DNA from: a virus
Taxonomy: Duplodnaviria; Caudoviricetes
Length of the DNA: 64,000 nt
Direction: 5' to 3' (one strand)
Virus record (IMG/VR): IMGVR_UViG_2597490202_000002
Span: 1 to 64,000 of that record
The translations under genes and the position numbers were made by a program. How positions within the stretch are numbered: position 1 is the stretch's first letter; each line of letters begins with the position of its first letter. Below the pieces are notes generated by a model that saw only the letters and a list, made by a program, of their open reading frames with translations, ran no database searches and was not told the DNA's origin. Positions 58,051-64,000 of the stretch are shown here, piece after piece.

Positions 58051-58236
58051 ATGTATTTTCAAATTTTCCAAGGTGTTAATGGTCAGTGGTATTGGCGATT
58101 GTGTCGCGTTTTGTCTAGTGGCTTGATTGATATTATTGCAACAAGCCATCAAGCCTATTCAGATAAATCTGTTTGTGAAATTGATATTATGAATGTCAAA
58201 CTCACAAATGCTACAACGCCAATTCGTTATATTTAA
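58051..58236 (+). CDS. YegP/DUF1508-family protein (variant allele)
   Basis: First 17 residues identical to 3984-4154, then divergent. Confidence 0.7.
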   Translation: MYFQIFQGVNGQWYWRLCRVLSSGLIDIIATSHQAYSDKSVCEIDIMNVKLTNATTPIRYI

Positions 58237-58261
58237 CCTTAAGTCCTGTTAGAGCAGGGCT

Positions 58262-58549
58262 TTAAATCCGTATCAACTCCCGACAACTACGTCTGATTTT
58301 CTCTTTGGCTCGAACTGTTGTTGGTTTGATTTTGCCTTTGTTGCAAGCGTAATTTGCAATATCAATCATTTTTTTGCTTGGTCTTTCAAGGCAGGCTATA
58401 TCTACTCTTGAAAGGGTGTTAGCGGTCTGTTTTTTGCGATTTTTTGCGAACATTCTCGCTAGTCTGCCAGCTTTACCCGTTGTGCGAACTTCTGCTTTTT
58501 CGCAGTATTTGTTGCTTGTTGGGTTACGTTCGATAATGATTTTAGTCAT
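58262..58549 (-). CDS. N-like antiterminator candidate (copy 2)
   Basis: Identical protein to 4181-4468; boxA at 58750-58762. Confidence 0.5.
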   Translation of the reverse strand: MTKIIIERNPTSNKYCEKAEVRTTGKAGRLARMFAKNRKKQTANTLSRVDIACLERPSKKMIDIANYACNKGKIKPTTVRAKEKIRRSCRELIRI

Positions 58550-58792
58550 TGCCGTGTCCTCTGTTTGTTGCCATTCATAGCGACACTTGTCTAACATTTC
58601 CTTTCCGATCTCAATTCGTTGTAGATAAATCCGCATTGATGTGAGATGTTCCAGTTCTCTGTAAATGTCGCTATGAATAGCAATTCCTGTTTGCCTCAGC
58701 CCCACTGGTACAGGCGACCAACCTTGTTTGGTGATGTGGGTTATTCGTGTTGTTAAAGAGCATTGAGCCGTAGCTCGTTTTGATGGGTGTAT

Positions 58793-58862
58793 AATACACT
58801 ATGTATTTTATAAGTAAATACCAAATGTATTATTTTTCGCAATAAAAAATACAAAATGTATT
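58793..58862. promoter_or_regulatory. OL1-3 operators AATAC-N5-GTATT
   Basis: Palindromes at 58793-58807, 58817-58831 and 58848-58862. Confidence 0.85.
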
Positions 58863-59070
58863 TAATTGATTGATTTTAAAGGAAAATAAATTTTGTGAAG
58901 TGTGTTTGATTGCTTGTTTTTTAATCATTTTCTTGGTGTCAGGAAGATGTTTTTGCAAAAAAATGATGGAATGTTACCGCTTGTTGTGAGTGTTAGGTGG
59001 GGGTAGTTAGTGTAGTATGGAGTAGTTAGTAGTAGATTTTAGGCAAAAGAAAACCGCCACAAATGGCGGT

Positions 59071-59541
59071 TTAGGTCTGTTCTTCTTTCATTACTTTCTC
59101 TGCGATGTCAAAAATTAATTTTTGAATGGTGAGGAAGTTGATAATGAAGTAAATTAAGCTAATCAAAGAAAACAACAATGCGACAGTTTCTGGATTGAAT
59201 ATTATTGTAAGTTCAATCGCAGAAAGCGTATGGCTATGAACAATCTGACTTATTAAGAAGGTGATTGTTGCTAGTGAGAAATACATCAAAAAGCTATTTC
59301 TTACATTTGCGATGTTTTCTTTGACCCGTTTAAATATCTGTGGATTTTTAATGGCACTTGGATTAAAGGTACAAACGATCCCCATTCCAATAGAAAACAT
59401 AATGCCAGATAATGTGTAAATGGTGGGCACAACAGCCTTATACACACCTTCTTCGGGTGTGTATAAGGAAGATAGAACCAATGCACCTACTAATGTAGTA
59501 AGGCTAACGACAATCCATTTAATTTTTACCTGCATTTTCAA
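59071..59541 (-). CDS. 4-TM membrane protein (RexB-like position)
   Basis: Four hydrophobic helices; overlaps the upstream gene. Confidence 0.75.
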   Translation of the reverse strand: MKMQVKIKWIVVSLTTLVGALVLSSLYTPEEGVYKAVVPTIYTLSGIMFSIGMGIVCTFNPSAIKNPQIFKRVKENIANVRNSFLMYFSLATITFLISQIVHSHTLSAIELTIIFNPETVALLFSLISLIYFIINFLTIQKLIFDIAEKVMKEEQT

Positions 59542-60466
59542 GTTCTTTTATAAAAAGCTCCATTTGTTGGAAAAGTGTCTGTTCGTTTAGTTTTCCCGTA
59601 TCTGTGGTATCTACTTCGACCTGTTTTGTTCTTTGAAGTTCACTGCCAGTTACCGATGTACCATTACGAGTTTTGAATGAGATATTATCTAAATCAGACA
59701 CAGGTTTCAACATTGCTGAAAAAACTTTCTTAATCTGATCTGGTGAGTTTTTGGTCGGTTTCTTAATTTGTATAAGTAACTTAGCGGAAACAAGTTGACT
59801 GAAATCAATATCATCAAAATCTTCGGCATCGACAAAGAATTCTTTGATATGTTCAACTGCAAGGTGAGTAATATCTTTAAACCGAGAAACCATTGATGAC
59901 CCTGAATTGTCTTGTTGCGTTGCATCAAGATTTACACTGTTATCGTTATTAGGATCTTGAATAACAAAGGATCGAATATTACTTAAATCATATTCTTCTT
60001 TTAGTTCAATCACAGGATTGAGTTCGATTAATTCATTTAGTAGCCAGTTTAGGTAGGTTTGTAAGCGTGTAATCGTCGTTCTTCCTGGTAAATTTGTTAC
60101 TACAAAACGATTGGAAAGTAAAAAATAGTAGTGGTTTTTATAGATGGCACTGGTATTAAGTTTTGTATTGAGTAAATCGCTGATCGAAAAATTGGCTTTT
60201 TGAAAGAGCTTTTCATCAATATGCTGCACATTATCCCCTGGTGCAATCCGTAGCATTGTGGCAAAAACCAATTGGTCTTTCTCTGTATTGAAGTGAGAGA
60301 TTAAATCTTCTTCTTTTTTCGGGTCATCTTCACTTAACAGCATTCTTCTTTCATTGCTCGATTGTGAATTATCGAGTTTCTGCTTTAATAAAACCGCAAT
60401 TTGAAGAGGTTTGCTCACTGTGTTATTTACAATTTCAAAGGCTCTAAGTTTTACTTGTTTGTTCAT
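59519..60466 (-). CDS. Soluble 315-aa protein (RexA-like position)
   Basis: Immediately downstream of cI. Confidence 0.7.
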   Translation of the reverse strand: MNKQVKLRAFEIVNNTVSKPLQIAVLLKQKLDNSQSSNERRMLLSEDDPKKEEDLISHFNTEKDQLVFATMLRIAPGDNVQHIDEKLFQKANFSISDLLNTKLNTSAIYKNHYYFLLSNRFVVTNLPGRTTITRLQTYLNWLLNELIELNPVIELKEEYDLSNIRSFVIQDPNNDNSVNLDATQQDNSGSSMVSRFKDITHLAVEHIKEFFVDAEDFDDIDFSQLVSAKLLIQIKKPTKNSPDQIKKVFSAMLKPVSDLDNISFKTRNGTSVTGSELQRTKQVEVDTTDTGKLNEQTLFQQMELFIKELENAGKN

Positions 60467-60505
60467 TTTTTCTTCCCATCATCTACCAATAAAATTCAAC
60501 AGTTG

Positions 60506-61159
60506 CTACAAGTAGCTTCTATGCTCAACCGCTACGCCTATAATACGAATGTCTTGTTTCATTGAACTGAGAGTTGGGAAATCTTGATTTAATGGCACTA
60601 GCTCAAAATGTGGATTGCCTGATGGTGATAACTCTCCAAGTTCACGATAACGTTTTAAGGTCGCTTCGCCATTGCCATTTACTGCTGCAACAAAATCGCC
60701 AGGATGTGGGCGTTTTCTGACATCAATCAACACTAAATCCCCTTCGCTGAATTTAGGCTCCATAGACATTCCTGACACTCGTAAAAAAAACGCATTTGGA
60801 CCTGCGTCAATTTCTGTATCAATATAGTCATAGCCTTCTGAGTCTCTAAAATCATAAGTTTCTGTCCACATACCAGCTTGAATAGAGCTAACAAGAGGAT
60901 AAGCTCGAGATTTTTTTACAGAAGTTGGGGTTATATTTGGATCGAAATCCTCAATAGTACCATCACCATTTAAGATAACCTTATTCACTCCTGTTAGATT
61001 TATCATTTGAGCAACTTCATTTACATTAGGCATTCTTCTTCCTGTAAGCCAATGACCAATAGCTCCCTGAGTCTTCCCCATTGATTCTGCAATATCATCT
61101 TGTCTTAGATTTTGCTCTTGCATTTTTTCACGTACATATTGGTTCCATTGTTTTTTCAT
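60506..61159 (-). CDS. cI: CI-like repressor (HTH plus S24)
   Basis: TQGAIGHWLTGRR.P, GMSMEP, ATLKRY. Confidence 0.92.
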   Translation of the reverse strand: MKKQWNQYVREKMQEQNLRQDDIAESMGKTQGAIGHWLTGRRMPNVNEVAQMINLTGVNKVILNGDGTIEDFDPNITPTSVKKSRAYPLVSSIQAGMWTETYDFRDSEGYDYIDTEIDAGPNAFFLRVSGMSMEPKFSEGDLVLIDVRKRPHPGDFVAAVNGNGEATLKRYRELGELSPSGNPHFELVPLNQDFPTLSSMKQDIRIIGVAVEHRSYL

Positions 61160-61191
61160 ACTACACCCACCTGAACAAAAATTAACTAATT

Positions 61192-61266
61192 ATTACTTAC
61201 CGTATTAAATATTCAAAATACAAAAAGTATTTTGTTTTTGACTTTATAAAATACCTTATGTATTAT
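61192..61266. promoter_or_regulatory. OR1-3 operators and PR
   Basis: A(A/T)TAC-N5-GTATT at 61192, 61217 and 61250; TTGACT-N17-TATTAT. Confidence 0.85.
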
Positions 61267-61294
61267 TAATGCATTTTTAATACAGGAGCTAAAA

Positions 61295-61501
61295 ATGAAC
61301 AGAATTTCTGAGTTCAGAAAAGCTGCCAACCTTACTCAAGTCGAAATCGCTAAATTGATCAATAAAACTCAAGGTGCTTTTGGTCATTACGAAACTGGCT
61401 TGAGAGAGCCGTCACTTAGTACAGCAAAAAAGATTGTGCGAGTACTTAATGAACACGGTGTTGCTTGTTCTTTAGACGACGTTTTCCCTGTTGGCAGTTA
61501 A
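61295..61501 (+). CDS. cro: Cro-like HTH regulator
   Basis: LTQ..IA..TQGAFGHYETG.REP; recognition helix resembles that of its cI. Confidence 0.88.
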   Translation: MNRISEFRKAANLTQVEIAKLINKTQGAFGHYETGLREPSLSTAKKIVRVLNEHGVACSLDDVFPVGS

Positions 61502-61521
61502 TTTACCCAAAGGAGTGCGCA

Positions 61522-61797
61522 ATGGCACGCAATGAATTAAGCAAGTCTGCAATGAAGAATGCGGACTTAATCAGACAGAAGGCATCAGAGACGAAAGATG
61601 CTCAAGCGGCAGAATATGTTGGTGTAGATGCATCAACGATTTGTCGTTTTAAGGCAGAACATTTAGACAAATTCTGTGCTTACCTTGATTTTTTAGAATT
61701 GGAAGTATCAGAGAAAGGTTTAAATCGTTTGACAGACAGTGAACTGGATGCCCTCAAGCTATTTGCAGAGAAGGGCGTTCATGCTATTGGAAAATAA
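61522..61797 (+). CDS. cII: CII-like regulator (intact)
   Basis: Position after cro; GVDASTICR HTH. Confidence 0.75.
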   Translation: MARNELSKSAMKNADLIRQKASETKDAQAAEYVGVDASTICRFKAEHLDKFCAYLDFLELEVSEKGLNRLTDSELDALKLFAEKGVHAIGK

Positions 61798-61840
61798 AAA
61801 CCCACGCTGCAACGTGGGTTAGTTACGGAGGTTTTCACTT

Positions 61841-62023
61841 ATGAATGAACATCATACCGAGTTGCATTCTAGCGAAAAATCGTCCTTTTGGCAAGAGATG
61901 GAGTATCGAAAGCGATGTTATGCCGAACTAGAGCGTCGTAATTTTGCAGGTAACGTGGACTATGACGAGATTTTTAACCAGATTGATAAGGATTTAAGCG
62001 ATGAATGCAGTAGTAAAAGTTAA
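61841..62023 (+). CDS. Hypothetical protein
   Basis: GGAGG RBS. Confidence 0.55.
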   Translation: MNEHHTELHSSEKSSFWQEMEYRKRCYAELERRNFAGNVDYDEIFNQIDKDLSDECSSKS

Positions 62024-62891
62024 AGAAACACCGATTTTTAAGTTAGGCGAAAACAGACAATCACAAGAGGCTAGGAAAGTGAGTGTTGATGATGGATTTA
62101 CGGCAATTCCAAATGAGCTTCTAAAGGCAATTTTACGCTCAAAAGTATTGGGCTGGAAAGGCTCTTACTTGTTGGCAACCATTCTTAAAACGCTTTCTTG
62201 GCATAAAGAAAGTGATTGGTTTACTCACTCTCAAGTCTGCGAAATGATGGGCATTGAACCAACAAAATATCATGTCAATCAACTTTCAGCAGCACGTAAA
62301 GAGCTTATCAAAGAGCAAGTCTTATTTGAAGATGGTAAAAAAACGGGTGTAAATCTAGATGTTTTTAACTGGGAAATGGTGAATCCCGAAAAAGTAGGGA
62401 GTTCCCGAAATAATAGGGAATTAGTTCCCGAAATTGTAGGGAATAAGTATCCCGAAAAAGTAGGGAACACAAAAGAAACTATTACAAAAGAAAAAATAAA
62501 TAATACCCCCTTACCCCCTAAAGGGGAATCGGCTATCGCCGATGAACAACCGCAAGCGGTGAAATGTGAACAACATTCTGCAAAACCAGAAAAGATTAAA
62601 TCACCGCCTATGGACTATCAGGCGGTAGCTGATTTGTATAACCAAGCTAATCAGAATTCGGGTTCAAGATTGCCGATGGTGGAAAAAATCAATGATGCTC
62701 GTCGGAAAGGGATTAAAAAATTAATGGCTGAGCTTAGAGAGCCAAGTTTGGAATGTGCTGAGCTGTATTTCAATGCGTTGTTTGCAAGCCTGCGGCCGTT
62801 TCATACGGGTGAAAATGGCGGTTGGGTGGCTAATTTTGATTGGGCAATTCGCCCTGCGACGGTGCTGAAAGTTCGTGAAGGAGCGTTGTGA
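62001..62891 (+). CDS. Lambda O-like replication initiator
   Basis: DDGFT.I.NELL N-terminus, internal iterons, W.ANFDW C-terminus. Confidence 0.88.
   Translation: MNAVVKVKETPIFKLGENRQSQEARKVSVDDGFTAIPNELLKAILRSKVLGWKGSYLLATILKTLSWHKESDWFTHSQVCEMMGIEPTKYHVNQLSAARKELIKEQVLFEDGKKTGVNLDVFNWEMVNPEKVGSSRNNRELVPEIVGNKYPEKVGNTKETITKEKINNTPLPPKGESAIADEQPQAVKCEQHSAKPEKIKSPPMDYQAVADLYNQANQNSGSRLPMVEKINDARRKGIKKLMAELREPSLECAELYFNALFASLRPFHTGENGGWVANFDWAIRPATVLKVREGAL
62384..62466. repeat. Four 17-bp iterons TCCCGAAA..TAGGGA (ori)
   Basis: At 62384, 62403, 62426 and 62450, followed by an A-rich tract. Confidence 0.88.
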
Positions 62892-64000
62892 TGTCTGAAA
62901 ATCTGCGAAAAATCACTTACGAGGTCGAGGTAAGTACCGTTGGTTCTCTGTTGAATGGTGGATTGACGGCTCAGGCGAGAGAGGTGTTGAGTTGGTTAAA
63001 ACCTGAGATGTTTTTGACGTTCAAGCTAGGTGAAATCTATTCAAACATTCAACGCCAAGCGAGCAAGGATAATCTGATTGATATGTTGTTACTGAGTTCT
63101 GAGTACGGTGTTCAGCTTGCCGATATGGCGGAAACCATAAAATCAGTGGTGTCTGCATCAAACTTAACGGGATATGCTACGAAGGTTTTTAATTTCTATC
63201 AGCGTAGAGAAGTGTTGAAAGTACTTGTGAGCCTTGCTGGTGAGTTGAATTTAGCTCGTGATGAACAGTTAGATGCGATTGCAACAAAGGGCGTTGAGCA
63301 TATTTCTGCGTTGCTGAATAAGAGTGCGAGTGTTGCACCTGCGGGAATGGGGAGTTTGCTTGATGGCTATTATCAACTACTGCAAGACAGGCATAAACCT
63401 GAATTTAAACAGCGTTTGTTGTTTACTGGTATTCAAGCCTTGGATGACATTTTGCAAGGCATTGATGAAACCGATATTTGTGTCGTTGGTGGGCGGTCTG
63501 GTAATGGTAAAACCGAAACGGCAATTACGTTTACGAAAAACATTTTAGAGCAAGGTGGTTCGGTGTTGTTTTTCTCTCTTGAGATGAGCAGACAACAAAT
63601 TATGGATCGTCTGATTGCCAGTGCAAGCGGTGTTAATTCTGCAAAACTTCGTAATCCTGAATGGTTGAGTGATGAAGATTTTGCTCGAATGAGTGAGGCT
63701 ACAAGTGTGATGAAAGATCAAAAGCTCTTTGTGGTGGATAAAGGAGCTTTGTCTGTTGAAGAGATTACGGCGATCACAGAAAGGCATTTGGCTGAGCATA
63801 AAAAGTTAAATGCAGTGGTGGTTGATTATATTGGTTTGGTTAATCATGGGGCGTTAGATGGGCGAGTGAACCGTACTTATCAGATCGGAGAAACCGTAGA
63901 GCGATTAAAGGCATTTTCTAAACAAGTTCACGTCCCGTTTATTTTACTTTCGCAGTTAAGCCGAGATGCAGAGGGTTCTACCCCAAATAATGCAAACTTG
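62891..64000 (+). CDS. DnaB-like replicative helicase (3' end beyond window)
   Basis: GGRSGNGKT, FSLEM, VDYIG, LSQLSR. Confidence 0.9.
   Translation, partial: MSENLRKITYEVEVSTVGSLLNGGLTAQAREVLSWLKPEMFLTFKLGEIYSNIQRQASKDNLIDMLLLSSEYGVQLADMAETIKSVVSASNLTGYATKVFNFYQRREVLKVLVSLAGELNLARDEQLDAIATKGVEHISALLNKSASVAPAGMGSLLDGYYQLLQDRHKPEFKQRLLFTGIQALDDILQGIDETDICVVGGRSGNGKTETAITFTKNILEQGGSVLFFSLEMSRQQIMDRLIASASGVNSAKLRNPEWLSDEDFARMSEATSVMKDQKLFVVDKGALSVEEITAITERHLAEHKKLNAVVVDYIGLVNHGALDGRVNRTYQIGETVERLKAFSKQVHVPFILLSQLSRDAEGSTPNNANL

Larger units (their letters stand above)
43387..64000. mobile_element. Prophage 2: left arm, immunity and start of replication region (continues beyond window)
   Basis: Second cI/cro/cII/O/DnaB set; RecT/exonuclease; no integrase visible. 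Confidence 0.88.

Noticed and set aside
58262-58705. 147-aa N-terminally extended version of the N-like ORF
   Set aside because: The prophage 1 copy has a stop in the extension, and GAGGA precedes the MTKII start.

Overview
AT-rich Pasteurellaceae DNA carrying Actinobacillus-type ACAAGCGGT uptake sequences, so the host is probably Glaesserella/Actinobacillus/Mannheimia-like (inference). The window holds two adjacent lambdoid prophage segments. Prophage 1 (1 to ~43.2 kb) has int/xis, a short left arm, cI/cro/cII, O/P replication, nin/Q, lysis genes and a complete myovirus head, tail and fibre set; its major capsid gene is interrupted by an internally deleted IS256-family element with an 8-bp TSD. 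Prophage 2 (~43.4 kb to the end) has a long left arm with no visible integrase, many accessory genes, RecT/exonuclease, tRNA-Arg(UCU), a different immunity region, a replication initiator and a partial DnaB. The most interesting content lies outside the ORF track: (i) three tripartite modules, each with an Ibs-like 19-23 aa peptide, an antisense promoter and an RHH-like gene with a palindrome in the sense promoter; (ii) structured ncRNAs with their own promoters facing putative BECR-type nuclease genes, plus a two-hairpin leader on a DUF3800 gene; (iii) four c4/CI-like antisense RNAs with co-varying seeds; (iv) a repeated 18-bp-spacer promoter cassette that tiles accessory genes. Family assignments are from visual motif recognition only; no searches were run.
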